From: Octopus bimaculoides
Taxonomy: Eukaryota
DNA length: 64,000 nucleotides
Assembly: GCF_001194135.2 (NCBI RefSeq)
Contig: NC_068987.1
Location: 465-64,464 of the forward strand
Reading direction: 5' to 3'
Position numbers and translations under genes: made by a program. Under the pieces are notes generated by a model. It saw nothing but the letters and a program-made list of their open reading frames with translations. It ran no database searches and had not been told where the DNA came from. Shown here in pieces: positions 48,370 to 62,056 of the stretch. How positions within the stretch are numbered: position 1 is the stretch's first letter; each line of letters begins with the position of its first letter.

Positions 48370-48780
48370 GTGTAGGAGTGGCTGTATGGTAGCTTGCTTA
48401 CGAACCACATGGTTCTGGGTTCAGCCCCACTGCGTGGCACCTTGAGCAAGTGTTTTCTACTATAGCCTCGGGCTGACCAAAGCCTTGTGAGTGGATTTGG
48501 TAGACGGAAACTGAAAGAAGCTTGTCGTATATATATGTATATATATATAAATAAATATATATATATATGTTTGTGTGTCTGTGTTTGTCCCCCCCAACAT
48601 CGCTTGACAACCGATGCTGGTGTGTTTACGTCCCTGTAACTTAGCAGTTCGGCAAAAGAGACCGATAGAGTAAGTCCTAGGCTTACAAAGAATAAGTCCT
48701 GGGGTCAGTTCGCTTGACTAAAGGTGGTGCTCCAGCATGGCCACAGTCAAATGACTGAAATAGGTAAAAGAGTAAAATTT
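48370..48780 (+). mobile_element. Composite tRNA-derived SINE: tRNA-like head, (TA)n, then reverse-oriented CORE-like segment
   Basis: Head GGAGTGGCTGTATGGTAG...CCACTGCGTGGCACCTTGAGCAAGTG; after the microsatellite, CTTGACAACCGATGCTGG...CCAGCATGGCCACAGTC, also present at 63380-63560 and (reverse) 63770-63990. Confidence 0.75.
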
Positions 48781-49949
48781 CATGTACATTTATTCTAAAA
48801 AGCTGCTTGGTAATGACTTTTAGTTATTTTACTAAATTTATTGAAACCAAGACAGTATCTCAACAAAAAGGTTATTACTGTGTCAGAGCATCAGTGTTCT
48901 GTCTGTCATCAAAGATAACATTACACATACCAACAGATTGTACTCAACTGATTTTCTTCAGTTGCCATCGATCTACTTTTACAACTAATCTCCCATCACA
49001 GTTCAACTTAGTTTGATGACAGGTGTTCATAAAGAAATTAGATTCTGTAGATTTTATTAAAGTTTTGAAAATGAAATGCATTTTAATATACACTGACTTT
49101 ATTATCCTTCAATGTACAAAGTGACTGTGGTGCCAGGCAAGAGGTTGGAGTATGATAGTGGGACAGAGATAGCTGTCTTACTAGTGAGGAGATACTTGGC
49201 TACCGCAGGAGGACTCTATCAAACAGTTCAACCCATAGCTAACATTGAAGATGGACATTAAATGATGATGTCAAATGGTCTCATTGAAACAGTTATCTCC
49301 CTTACTCCGCAAAAGTCTCTTAAGCTCTGCGCCATCAACGCATTTAATTCTACTTTGGCAAAAAAACAAGTTTTTCTTACATAAATACGTGGTCAGTATC
49401 TCTTTGTAATTAAAAATAACGTTATTTGGTAAATCAACATGGGATTATCACTATATTCATTAGAAATAACAACCAAATCTTCCTCAAATTACACATTGTC
49501 TCAAAAGGAAGGACACATTGGATAACGTAATTCTAAGATATACTATGTACTGAAAAGTGCCAAACAGTGTCACAGCTTAATCCGTCTTGGTTGTATGTCT
49601 GCTGGATCAGGACTAAAGGCTGAGCAACAACAAAGAAGGATGTGTTGGATAATCTCAACTTCGATGTATCATAACTGAAGTTGTAAAAACAGGGATAATG
49701 TTTGATCACAGATGTACTGCATTAGGTTTGACCTGGAGCTAGAAATTAGTAATATTGGTTGAATGGTAGAGAAAATGTGATTAGTCTATCCTGCCATGAC
49801 TGAATTTGCCTTTCATCCTTTAAGTGATTGAGAAAATAAGGATCAATAATGTTCTAGGTTGGTTTGACTGTTAACTCTACAACACACCATTACTCAAAAA
49901 TAGGTTATCTATGTAATAAAATAATTTATACAGAACTATATTTGCCATT

Positions 49950-50095
49950 GGTGAAGGCACGTGGCCTAGTGGTTAGGCTGTTGCACTCACAATCGCTAGA
50001 TCATGGGTTTGATTATTGGACTGAGCGATGTGTTGTATTCTTGAGCAAAACACTCCATTTCACATCGCCCCAGTCCACTCAGCTGTAAATGGATT
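49950..50095 (+). mobile_element. tRNA-derived SINE head with conserved central domain
   Basis: A-box-like TGGCCTAGTGG, then TTCTTGAGCAAAACACT...CCAGTCCACTCAGCTGTAAATGG. Confidence 0.6.
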
Positions 50096-52039
50096 ACCTC
50101 TTGTGATGGACCAGCCTTCCAATCTGAGGAAATGTTGGCCTGCTTGCCTAGCTAGCATCATTTGACAGCTAAAGGGGTGCAAAGAGCATTGTGACTAGTG
50201 AGGTATAACAACATCTGATAGTCAATCACAGGATCATATCCTTGCTATGAAAAGTATGCCTCAGTCACATAATAATGTCATTTAACTTAGATAAAGTTGG
50301 TTTTGAAAGAAAGGCAACTTTTTGTCTCAATCAAAAATATTTTCTCTGTTTTGGATTTTTAAATTTTGTAAATAGCTTGGTCAGAGGAGGAAGGGTCATA
50401 CCCATAGCCATTTTTAGGGTCTATAAGACTGGTAGGTCTTCTGTACATCTTGCAAGAACATTGAGACTGACATGATTGGTGTTACACCTGAACAGCTGCA
50501 GGTAAACATTTTCTGGGGATGAAGGATTATGAATGGTGGTAAGTGGAGACAATGTGTGTGAGTTGGGAGTGTTTATGTTGACATCGACCCAGCTAACTGC
50601 AAGAGGAAAAATCAGAGAAAGAGGAGAGAGAGGACATCTGTGGAACAGTTGAGTGGCAAGTGGCTTTTCTTTGGATGTAGTTTGTGGGTGCTTGGGTGCA
50701 GAGCAGCAGCAGCACTGTTCCAAGGATGTGATCAGTGGGGCTTACACTTGATTTTTGTAGTGAGTCAACAGCTGATTAGGACTGAAGTATTTTGGGGTTT
50801 AAAAGCTGAATGTTGGTCTTAGCAGTTCAGTTTTGGCAGTCTTATCTATGTAGGGGGTCACCATGAGACATCATCAAAGTGTAGGCTTTTTTAGGATTTT
50901 AGTTGTATGTTGTTCACGGTTAGAGAAGGTGAGAGGCAAGGTGTAAGTTTGGCTGAGGTGAAAGCAAAAAATGTAATTAAGAAGCTTGCTTCCTCCTAAC
51001 CACATGGTTTTGATTTTAGTTTCACTGCACAGAACCTTGTTTTCCACTATAGTTCTGAGTCAACCAAAGTCTTTTTGTTGGAGTCGAGAGTCAGAAAGTG
51101 GATCCAATTTCCATGCTGGTATGGGTTGGATGGATTGACAAGAGCTGGTGAGCCAGAGGACTGCAGCAGACTCTGTTGTCTGCTTTGGCATGTGTTCTAT
51201 GGCTGGGTACTCTTTCTAATACCATACCCCGGGTACTTTTTATGTTGCCAGGTAACTTTCAAGACAAGACCCTGAACTGAAGGGGAATAAGATAGGGTGA
51301 TAGAGACAGGTGTCTTGCAGTGGAGATTCATGGTGAGCTCAGTTGGAAAGAGAGAGAAAGAACATGACCCCTCAAGTTACAGGGAGGGGGATGACAGTGA
51401 ACTGGTACAAAGGTCTGGCTAGGATGAATGAGAAGGTGAGTTTGTGTGAGTGCAAAAGGAGAGGGAAAGTTAGAGGGAAAGAGAATTCAGTGTGGAGTGA
51501 AGAGAGGTGGAGGAGGAGTTAGGAAGAGATTCGTCAGGGACAGATTGTGTGCAGAGGCATAGAAATAAATGGCATACCATTAGGCCCCCATTTTAACTTA
51601 GATGAGCAAGTCTTCTCATGCACAATAAATCACCAATCATTTCAGTCCTTTGTCATCTCCAAGATGTTCAACATCTGAAGCTCATTTTTCACTACATCAT
51701 CTCAAATCTTTGTCTTCCACAGAGTCTATACACATTTATGGTACATCTTAATACAGCATCATTGTCTTCAGCATCATTGTTTAATGTCTGTTTTCCAAGC
51801 TGGCTTGACAGGTGCTGGCCAGCTGGGGAGCTGTCCAGATTCCAAATGATCTGTTGTGGCATCGTTTCTACAGCTAGATGCCTTTCCTAATGCCAACCAC
51901 TTTACAGAGTATGCTTTTTACATGCTTCCCGCATGGGTGCACATATGCAGCACTGGTACGAGTGCCTTTTCCAAGCCTATATGTACAGACGACAGTGATT
52001 TTACTTGGTTTGACACATCTTCTCAAGTACAACAAATTG

Positions 52040-55000
52040 CTACAGCTGCTGATCCCTTATCATTTTCTCAGTGAGGCCCAGCATCTGAAGATCCTTTCTC
52101 ACCACTTTGTCCCTTGTCTTCCACAGGTTCCCTCTACAAATAGAGCTCAGTACTTCTTTGTGCTGCTGTGCTCAACCACACACATCACATGACCAAACCA
52201 GCACAGTCTTCTCTCTCTTACATCGGATGCTTCTTACACCTAGTATTCCTCTTAAATCACCCACACTTTCTTGTGTGTGCACACTAACATTACTCAACCA
52301 GCAGAGAATGCTAGCCTCATTTCTTTCAATCCTTCGCAAGTCCTCTATAATTAAAACTCATGTTTCACTACCATGTAGCATAGGCATCATACAATCTGCC
52401 TTTCACGCTGAGGGAGAGACCCTTAGTTACCAACAAAGACAGAAGCTCTCTGAACGTTGCCCAGCCTGTTCTTATTCTAGCAACTACACTTTTAGAACTT
52501 CCTCCACCACTACTAATTCAGTCACCTAGGCAACACAAGCTATCTATTACTTCTAATGATCCCCCTGAGCATTTCTAGTGCTTATTGTACCCACACATTT
52601 ATCACATACAAAGTCTATCTTTTTCATTAACCTTCCTGTGACATTGCTACACCTCTTATGTATCCAAAGCTTGCACTGGCTACAACATATGGAGTTTCTA
52701 CCAAAAACCTTTCTTACATATCGAGCAGGGCCATCTCCCTGACAGTTCCTGTGATTTGTCTGTTTTCCTATTTACTATAAGTTTGGTTTTAGTTAAATTA
52801 ACTCTAAGGCCCTTAGATTCCACACCTGAAATTTCTTCTCTAGTTCTCAGTGATTCAGCTTCATCCATATAAAACACATGACCATACCAGTAGTCTTTTC
52901 TGTTGCACACTATATCTGACGCCTCTTCTACCCAATTTTTTAAAACACATTTACACTTTGACATACAAGCACATCCATTGGAGCATGCTAGCTTCATTTT
53001 TCTTTTGAGCCTTTGCATGTCCTCTACAGTTGCAGTCCACATTTCACTACCATGTAGCATAGCTGTTCGTACACATGCATCATACAATCTGCCTTTCACC
53101 CTGAAAGGAAGGCCTTTTGTTACCAACAAAGATAATATCTCTAAACTTTTCCCAGCTGGATCATATTCTAGCAATTATGCTTCCAGAAGTCCTCCTCCAC
53201 TGCTAATTAGGTCACCAAGATGACAGAAACTGTTTATTACTGCCATTGATCCTCCTGTCTTCTTAATCTTTATTGTTCCTGCATATTTGTCACAAAGACT
53301 ACTTTCTCTTTTTAACCCTCTTATGATTCCACTGCACTGCTTATGTGCTCATAGCATGCACTGAGTACTCTATGGAATTTCTACATAATGAGCCTGGCCA
53401 TTTCCTTCAAAGAATCAGTAATTTGCCTGCTTTCCTTTGGTCTTTGTTAAATTAACTGCAAGGACTTTTAATTCTAGGCTTTGCTTCCACTTCTGCAATT
53501 TCTTCTGTATTTCTACCACAAGTTCAGCTATAAGAACAAGGTCGTCAGCATAGAGGAGCTCCCACAGGCAACCAGTCTTAAATTCCTCTGTTAAAGGTTG
53601 GAGGACTATGATAAGAGGAGACTGAGAACTGATCCCCAGTGAACTTTTACCTGCACACAAAATTCATTGCTATACTCATTCCACCTTACAGATAGTATCC
53701 CTTGGGGAGTTCTCACCAGCCCCTAGCTTCTGCAATGACACCAGTTGAGAGGGAAAAAGACCTTGTCAAAGACTTTGTCCATATCAACAAATGCTTTTCC
53801 TGCAGTTGCCTTACTAGGAAGATAACACCAGTAGTCTTTCTCCATGGCACAAAATGAAACTGCTTCTCGTCTATGTTAATTCACTTTCTAATTAGTTGAG
53901 CGATGACCGTTTCTGTAACTTTCATGACCTGGTCCAGCAATTCGGTACCTCTATAATTACTTGTCTACAGTAGGGATCACCAAACTATGGCCCACAAGGT
54001 CAGTTCATCCGGTCTGCCATCACACAGTACTTTTTGTGTAAGAACCTGCAACGAGAGTTCATTTGCCTCTGGTATCAGTGTTTGGAACAACTTATGTCTG
54101 TGAGCAAACATTTTCAATAATGATGTGAAATCAACACACCAAACGATATTGACTGATGAACATTTGAAAGCAATGCTCTTGGTTGGACGCAGCAATTCCA
54201 AAGCAAATATTTATATCTTAAAAGCTAAACACCAGTTTCACAAACCTCACTAACCCTTTTTTTTTTTTTGCTGCTTAGTTTGAGCAAAATGGTTATGTGG
54301 CCCACACTTGTCATTCTCTGTTATCCGGTCTGCCAAAGAAAAAAAAAAATTTGGTGACCCCTGGTCTAGAACACCTCCCTTACCTTTATGGCAGTTGGCT
54401 ATAATGCTGCTACATAAGTTATTGTGTATGATATCTTCCTGGAAAACCTAATCAACTGTACAGGTGACTAGGCCATATTCTAATCATCTTGGTGATAATT
54501 CCTGATGGACCAGGGGCTTTTCCTATCCTTAATTGCTTTATCTATTATACTGCTGTCAACTTGGATAGCTGGTCTGTTTGTTGGATCCACATCCAGAAGA
54601 CTCTCCTCCCATGCCTTCACCACAATTAGCAGCCTTCCATAGTGACCACCCCATGCCTCGTTTTATTCTGAATCACTAAGTGCAAGTCTTCCCATCGTTC
54701 CACCCAACCACACACTCTTCTCCTAAAACATAATTCACTCTGACAGACGGTCTTGTAACTATGCAACAAAACAGTGACCTCTTCCTTTTTGCTTTCCCCT
54801 AGCAAAATATACTCGTTGTCTAGCTTCTTTTCTAGCTGCCCCGTATACTACCCCCACTCATCCATCATGTCACTCTTTGCCTGGTTGGAACTTTGCACTG
54901 GCCAAGTGTTGGGCCTGGAGTTTATGCTATACATCTCCATCTCCTTGTCAAATGCTTTAATTAGGACATCTGGAAATCTTTAACTATTCAATGGATCCTT

Positions 55001-55680
55001 AAGCTTCCATACTTTCCTTTTCCAGACTGCTTTGTCTTTCAGATTCCTAACCTGAAGTTATGTTAGGGAGTACATTCTTCACTTGAGATGGTTTATGAGT
55101 ATCCATCTATCTCACTTTCTGGTGAGAACATAGTCAATCTGGTTTGTGTATCCACCACATTGATAGGTGATCAGGTGACTGGCTGGTTTCCTGAAGTTAA
55201 TGTTGCAAATCATTAGGTCATTTGCATCACAAAACTCTAAATCCTTCACCTCCTTGTACACCATGGAAGCCAGCAAGATACTCCCCATATGGCCACTGAA
55301 GTGGCCAGTCAAGAAGATAAGATTAATGTCATTTATTGTTGAGATAGTCTGCAAAAGGGCAACATATAATTGATCCTTTTGTTAATCTGGCAGTTCTGTT
55401 TGATGAGTATAGGCAGAGGGAATAGTTGTATTTACCAAGACTTGTCTAAGTACAAGAACCTATAATACAGACTGACTGCCTTGATCACTTTATCCACCCA
55501 TTTCACAACTAAAAGAATGCTGTCAGTATTGCCTTCCCAGATTTTATGTGTATGCTCTTAGTTGGTGAGGAGTTTGCCTGAGGCTCCTTTCCGTCTTACC
55601 TCTGGCATATAGTATACATCTACATGCCTCCAGTTTAGCATTTCAACAATCTCACCAGATCTTTTCAATGTGCCTACACA
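52040..55680 (-). mobile_element. Near full-length decayed RTE LINE (APE endonuclease + RT)
   Basis: Endonuclease start VGTLK.SGEIVEML at ~55670; ICNINFRKPASHLITY..GG.TNQIDYVL; ELLYADDLVLIAE; RLYDACVRTAMLHGSEMW; many disablements; SINE tail at 51770-52040. Confidence 0.88.
53971..54363 (+). mobile_element. hAT (Charlie/SPIN-like) non-autonomous element nested in the RTE
   Basis: TIRs TAGGGATCACCAAA / TTTGGTGACCCCTG; flanks GTCTACAG and GTCTAGAA (NTCTAGAN-type 8-bp TSD, imperfect); internal remnant LTDEHLKAML of the hAT transposase C-terminus. Confidence 0.8.
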
Positions 55681-57454
55681 AGGATACAGACACACACACA
55701 TCATCATCATTACCATTTAATGTCTGTTTTCCATGCTGAAATGGGCTGGATGGTTTGACAGGAGCTGGCAAGCCAGAGGACTGTGCCAAAGTTTACTGCC
55801 TGCTTTGGCCTAGTTTCTACAGCTGGATGCCCTTCTTGTAGCCAACCACTTCACAGAGTGTGGACTGGAAGCTTTTTACATGGCACCAGCAAGGTCAGCA
55901 ACTAACTTGCAAGACAAGACCCCTCGACAGGAGAGTAGTATTGAGGGAAGTGCGTTTGTATAAGGTGATGAGAGATTCAATATATTTACACACATACATA
56001 TCATCATAGTTCAATGTTCACTTTTCCATGCTTACATGGGTCAGACAGAATGTTATAGAAGATATTCTACTGCCAGATGTCCTTCCTGTTGACAACTTTC
56101 ACTTGTAATATTTCCCCCAAGGCCAAGTATTTTTTGTGTAAGACTGAAAAGTAATATCATTTGCATGATGATGCTCATTTACCACCATCCATATGAAGAC
56201 AAGAGTATAAACAAGCACAGATGATGAGCCTCTTCCTGTATCCACCCCTACACATACACAAAAGGCATGGGTTGGCCTTAGGCTATTGTAGACACCTATC
56301 CAAGTTGCCATGCAGTGGGATCAACCCCCAGGATTATGTCATTGTGAAGTGAACTTCTTAACCATACTATAATATCCCTAGGATAAGTCTACCATATTTT
56401 GAGTTCTGATTCTCAGTCAACCTGCCCAAGATTTACCATAGTTCAGTTCCTTGCACTGACTATTGAATTCTAGCTTTCTTCATTCTTGTATGAAACCCCA
56501 GGACTATGCCATGCTCTCTTTTTCTCACTAACTAGCATTTTGATTTCAGCAATGTTGACCTTCAGGCTTTAAGACTGTAGACAATGCTTCCAGCTTTGGA
56601 ATTCTGCTTGACAGATTTTCCCAGGAGAATTAGAATCATTAGCATACATAAATACTCAATGTCAATTAGTGCAGAACTCAAGAACTATAAGATTAAAATG
56701 CAGCTAAGAGAACTCTGATGAATACTTGCCTTTACACTAAACTTCGCACAGAACATGCTGAGAACCCGACTTTTGCTGACAGCACCTTCCTACATAGCTT
56801 CATAAACTCTACAAGTCTTAGTATCATCTGCATCAAATATACTTAGTACCCCAAAACTCAGTCAAAGACCTATATCAGAAAAAAAAGAACAGCATGTTCT
56901 TTACCAAGAAATATTCTTGTAACTGTCTCATTGAAAATACAGCATCTGTACTCTCACATCTCGGCACAAACTCAAACTGCATTTTGAAGATTTTTTTAGA
57001 TGTTTTCGAAGCTGGTATGAGTATTTAAAAATTAAGTTTTATTTTTGTATTTTAACTTAATTTTATTATCATTTTCAATACATTTACATAAGATAGTTAT
57101 ATTTGCTGTCATCATTGACAGCACAAATACACTAATCATAAATAGAAAATACTCAAAATAGTTGCAGTAGAAGTTTTGTAGTGTTTACGTCTATTTCACA
57201 AGTTTTCTTCTGAATTTAATTTGATGTGTCTTTCACAAGAATCTCATTGTAACTTAATCCTGTCACAATATGATGTCTCTCTCTCATAATTTCATTGTCA
57301 CTTGAATATCTCTGCTATGGTGAAGTGAGCCACAAGAATCTCTCATTGGAATTTTTTTTTTTTAATAGAATTTCACCATTCTATGGATTACTTTCCAGGT
57401 GTATCTGTCTATGATGAGAAATATATTGGAAGACAGTTTTCTCTCAAAACAATG

Positions 57455-58900
57455 CTACAATTTGTCTCCAGAATGTGTCTGTACATGATTAGAAAACTGG
57501 CCTTTCCAAGTGAAGTCTTTACCACAAACGTCACAATGGTAAGGCTTTTCTCCTGTGTGAACGCGTTTGTGAGCAGTTAAAGAACTAACACGAGGGAATT
57601 TCTTACCACAGATATCACAGTCATATGGTTTCTCACCTGTGTGAATAATATTGTGATTGGATAAGTGACTGCTGCGAGAGAATGTTTTACCACAGGTTTC
57701 ACAACGATATGGACACTCCCCTTTGTGAATACGTTTGTGACTTGCCAAGTTCCCACTCAGAGAGAATGATTTATCACAAATATCACAGTGGTATGGTTTT
57801 TCTCCAGTGTGAACACGTTTGTGACAAGATAATTGATTCATACAAGTAAATGTTTTACCACAAATATCACAATGGTACGGTTTCTCTCCAGTATGAAGAC
57901 GTTTATGACAAGATAGTTGGCTTCTACATGCAAATGTCTTATTACAAATATCGCAATTATATGGTTTCTCTCCAGTATGAATTCGCTCATGACGAGACAA
58001 CTGACTCTTGCATGTAAATGTTTTATCACAGATATCGCAGTGGTAAGGTTTCTCTCCAGTGTGGATACGTATATGACAAGACAGGGAACTGTTGGCAGTG
58101 AATTTCTTTCCACAGATTTCACAATGAAAAGGTTTTGAACCTGTGTGAATTAGTTTATGTTGAATGACATGGCTTTTTTGTGCAAACGTCCTTCCACAAA
58201 TGTCACACTGGAATGGCTTATCTCCAGTATGAACACGTTGATGTCGAGATAACTCACCTTTCAGTGAAAATGTTTTACCACAAATATCACATGGATATGG
58301 TTTCTCTCCTGTGTGAATCCATATGTGAGTTGATAGTTGAACTTTAAAAGTGAAGCCTTTCCCACAGATATCACACTGGAATAATTTCTCTCTTGTGTGG
58401 ATGAGCTTGTGTTTAGATAAGTAACTAAAATGTGAGAAGTTTTTATCACAAATATCACACTTATATGGTTGCTCTCCAGTATGAGTTCTTCTGTGTGAAA
58501 CTAATTGGCTGCTGCAAGACAAAATTTTCCCACAGATATCACAATGATACGGGGTCTCACCTGAATGAATCCGTTTGTGAAGAGTTAAACTGTTAATTCG
58601 AGAGAAAAATTTACCACAAATATCACAGTGGTAAGGTTTCTCTCCAGTGTGGATACGTTTGTGGAAATACAGAGAACTACTTGAAGATAACTTTTTACCA
58701 CAAATTTCACAGGGAAAGAGTTTAGAGGTTGTGTGATTTAATTTATGCTGAGTCAAATAACTATTTCTTGTGAAGGATTTCCCACAAATGTCACAGGGAT
58801 GGGATTTCTTAGCTGCACCTACCTTTGTCTCTTTATAGGAATCCTCAACCTTTTCTATTGTTTCATCATCAACTTCATTCTCAAACTGCTTTTCTTCCAT
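57455..58900 (-). CDS. Poly-C2H2 zinc-finger protein (ZNF gene 5), ~481 aa, 16 fingers, acidic N-terminus
   Basis: First ATG at 58898-58900 (MEEKQFENEVDDE...); 16 C2H2 units; candidate acceptor AG at 59128-59129. Confidence 0.93.
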   Translation of the reverse strand: MEEKQFENEVDDETIEKVEDSYKETKVGAAKKSHPCDICGKSFTRNSYLTQHKLNHTTSKLFPCEICGKKLSSSSSLYFHKRIHTGEKPYHCDICGKFFSRINSLTLHKRIHSGETPYHCDICGKILSCSSQLVSHRRTHTGEQPYKCDICDKNFSHFSYLSKHKLIHTREKLFQCDICGKGFTFKVQLSTHIWIHTGEKPYPCDICGKTFSLKGELSRHQRVHTGDKPFQCDICGRTFAQKSHVIQHKLIHTGSKPFHCEICGKKFTANSSLSCHIRIHTGEKPYHCDICDKTFTCKSQLSRHERIHTGEKPYNCDICNKTFACRSQLSCHKRLHTGEKPYHCDICGKTFTCMNQLSCHKRVHTGEKPYHCDICDKSFSLSGNLASHKRIHKGECPYRCETCGKTFSRSSHLSNHNIIHTGEKPYDCDICGKKFPRVSSLTAHKRVHTGEKPYHCDVCGKDFTWKGQFSNHVQTHSGDKL

Positions 58901-61900
58901 AATTCCTTTCCTTTGTTCAAATAATACAAAAAAATGTTGAAAATTCTTGGAGTCTTTTGACGACAAAACTTTTCAATAAAAGTCCTCAATATTCTTTAAA
59001 TTAAACTATTTTTTTTTTTTAAGTCTGCAGAACTCTCAATCTAAAGACACTTTCTTTAGATGGAATTTTTCTCTAGAGTTAAATAAGAATTCATGAAGTA
59101 GTTCAAATTCTCTAGATATATTCAGATCTATAAAAGACATGTATAAGTCAGCCAAAGTTTTGTGCTACATGTTTCAAGAGAAACTATTACAGAAAATTAC
59201 AGAGAAGCCAAATATCTTGACAATGGCAAATTCTTGCAGGTGTAAACTGAAATACTTTTGATAATAAAGATTGTTTCACAGAGTCTCATGTCTTGAACCT
59301 GTCAAGTTGTTGCTGTGTTCTTGGTATGAAATTTCAGTCTTAAAGGTAGCTGAGTCTGAAACAAAAGAGAAAAAAATGTATAAGAGATGAAAGACAGTTT
59401 AAAGGTGAGACAAAGATTATGGAAAGATTTGAAAAGAGACTTTGAAAGAGCAAGACAGACAGAAAATATGCAAAGAGAAGAACTATACACAGGTACAGGC
59501 ATGTAGTAGTAATGTTTAGAGAGACAGAAACAAGACCTGGTTTATCATATTTCGTAAAATACTTCAGTCTGGACATGTTGCACTTTGTCTATCATAAAGT
59601 CTATTCCTGTAGATTCAGGTGGTGGTCATGGTGGAAGCAAACATGGTTACTTTGGTCAGAATGTGACACTTGTTCCTCTGCAAGTGGAATGTCTATTTTA
59701 TACAGAATGGTTGTTCTGTTTGCAGCGGATATAAACATTTGGGAGGAGATGTTGAAGCTATGAGAAGAAAGTGAATGTATGTGTGCGAAGGGAGTAAGCT
59801 GTAGAGCTGCCATGTGTACAGTTGGTGTGTAGCTGTAGTGTTTATACTTACAAGATCAGTGTATAACTGAAGTCTGTACAGCTGGTGTCCACTCCTCAAT
59901 GGCTGCTACAAAGGTAATTCTTCTGTCCATTTCTTTGTCAGTTGACAAATATCTAAGTCTCACACTAGGTTGACTGAATTCCAAAACAATAAAGATATCT
60001 GACACAAATTGACAGTTTAAGGGTCATTAAGGGCAGTTGATTAAACTGCCCCTGGTATTTTGTTGCTATTTACTTTGTCTTCAGCATAACAATATTGAGG
60101 TAGCATCAAGGTCATTTTGACTTGTTAGAAATATGGCCAAATCTTCTTCAAATCACACTGAAGCATCTTAAAAAATAAAAGGTACATTATGCAACCTCAA
60201 AAAAGATAGGATGGTAACTGCTAGAATGTCTGTGATCAAAGATCAGCTTAATCACCATTAACCAAAGACTAAACAACTTGTATGAAAATGGTGACATTTT
60301 TATATTTCACTTTCAATCTTTGGAAATGTCCTCCCTCTCCAAACTTTTACAAATGGGAATCTACTAAAATATAAGAATGTCATACTTTCACACCTCTTTC
60401 CCTTGAAAATCGATTGAATAATTAAAAAAGTAATTTTCCTAATTTTGTCAGAAGAGCATCATCTATGAGATTTTTGTCTTTTTGTAGGGCCTCTAAGATT
60501 AAGAGAAAAGGAGTATCCCAGATACTCGGTCTAAATGCTTTCAATAGAATGGACTCAACTATAAATACCCAAATCTTATCCTATAGTCTTAAAAAGGAAG
60601 GGCACATTAAATAATAGTTACAGCTACATTATGTCTGAATAAGAGAAGCGGTGGTCACTGTTGAACATCATTTGATCGTAGATCTTGTGAAACACGATCG
60701 ACTTGGGAATAAACAGGTAAGAACACATCAAATATTGCAGTCGTAGATATACTACGTCTGAAAAGATGAGATTGGATTGTTACATATGGAACACCTTTCA
60801 GCAAAAATCGTCTTGGAAGACAGTCAAAAAGATTAAGTTTATTAATTTTCAATTTTAAAACTGCACAAGCACTATAGTCTCGTTCTTATTTTCTGATGGC
60901 AATAATTGATGTTGTTTAGATCCAGGCTAATCCTCATTATACAAACCACTGGTTAAAAATATTCCAGCGGTGACAATTCATTCTTTTATATCTATGACTA
61001 CCTTGTCCTTTTTTTAAAGGCTATGTGTTGAGACTTAGCTGTTGCTTCTAGCAGGTCGAGCAATTGTGTATACGCTCGCTAGCTGGTAGTAGTATTTATT
61101 GTTTCGTCCCAGGTAATTTCTGCTTAAGCAAACCTATGATTTAAAGCATTCCAGCCGTGACTATTCCTACTCTATCTGCTTATGTTTACATTGTCTAATG
61201 TGTCCTTTGTTAAAAGCAACAGCACACGATTTAAAGGACAGTAGTTGTCATTTCTAGCAAACCAGAGTGACCACACAAAAGCTTTTTCCTTCGTTGGTGT
61301 TATAATAGTATTAGTAGTAGTCAATTACCAAGTAGATATCGAAATTTCTGTAAATTCCAGGCCAAAATCAGACCTTCATAAGAAGTCAGTTTATAGAATA
61401 TGGAATACAAACCGACTTTTCGACGTTTTTTCCACGCCCCTCCCTGTTGAAAACTTTCAAGTAGTGCGACAGTGCTACAAATATATTATTTAGGTACATT
61501 AATTAATATTAAGAGTATCATAATTTTAGTAATTCTTAGTGTTTATATTTTTCTTTAGCTCTATCTTTTAGAAAACTGGGAAAATGTAGGAATTTATGCA
61601 AACAATAAATTACCAACGTGTGGGCAAAAATTAACATCATTTTTAATATCCCTGTAATCTTAGGGGTGTTGTTTCATTCCAACGTAACTTTTAGACGATT
61701 AAAGGCGTTCCAGCCCTGACTATTTTCATTTTTGTGTCTAGAACCAATTTTTTTCTATATTTTTAAAAGACAGTAGCATAATTTTTTTTTAAAGAAAATC
61801 TGACTGTTATTTCTAGCAGGCCGAGTTACTGTTTAACGGAGCAATTCCTTGTTTGGGTGGCAATTTAACGCACATAAGAATAAGACATTTCCATCACGTT

Positions 61901-62056
61901 AGTTTGGATAGACTTGTTTGTTTGAAGCACAACCACAATGTTAAATTGGTAAAATATATTCCTTTCCCTCTTCCACTCGTTTCTGTCTTTTGTTAGTCCT
62001 GACAAAGAAATAGATTTCATGCTTATTAAATATCACAATAGATAAATAATACTTAC

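Noticed and set aside
50380-51000. Possible L2/CR1 endonuclease remnant and purine-rich tracts (also 36100-36520, 10150-10600)
   Set aside because: No motif could be read with confidence; left unannotated.
54146-54185. CTGATGA...GAAA hammerhead-like match
   Set aside because: Stem II has only one pair and stem I is weak; the bases encode LTDEHLKAML of a hAT transposase remnant.
55680-55900. HDV-like ribozyme at the RTE 5' end
   Set aside because: The element's 5' UTR is replaced by microsatellite and SINE sequence, and no nested double pseudoknot could be traced by eye.
22470-58458. Short ORFs overlapping the zinc-finger arrays on other frames or strands (e.g. 22470-22742, 34219-34455, 43233-43625, 43461-43724, 57838-58458)
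   Set aside because: Shadow frames of the 84-nt finger periodicity; no independent evidence.
7092-59127. KRAB, SCAN, BTB or ZAD domains and specific ZNF gene names
   Set aside because: N-termini are only ~20-40 aa with no such motifs; lineage-specific paralogues cannot be assigned vertebrate symbols.
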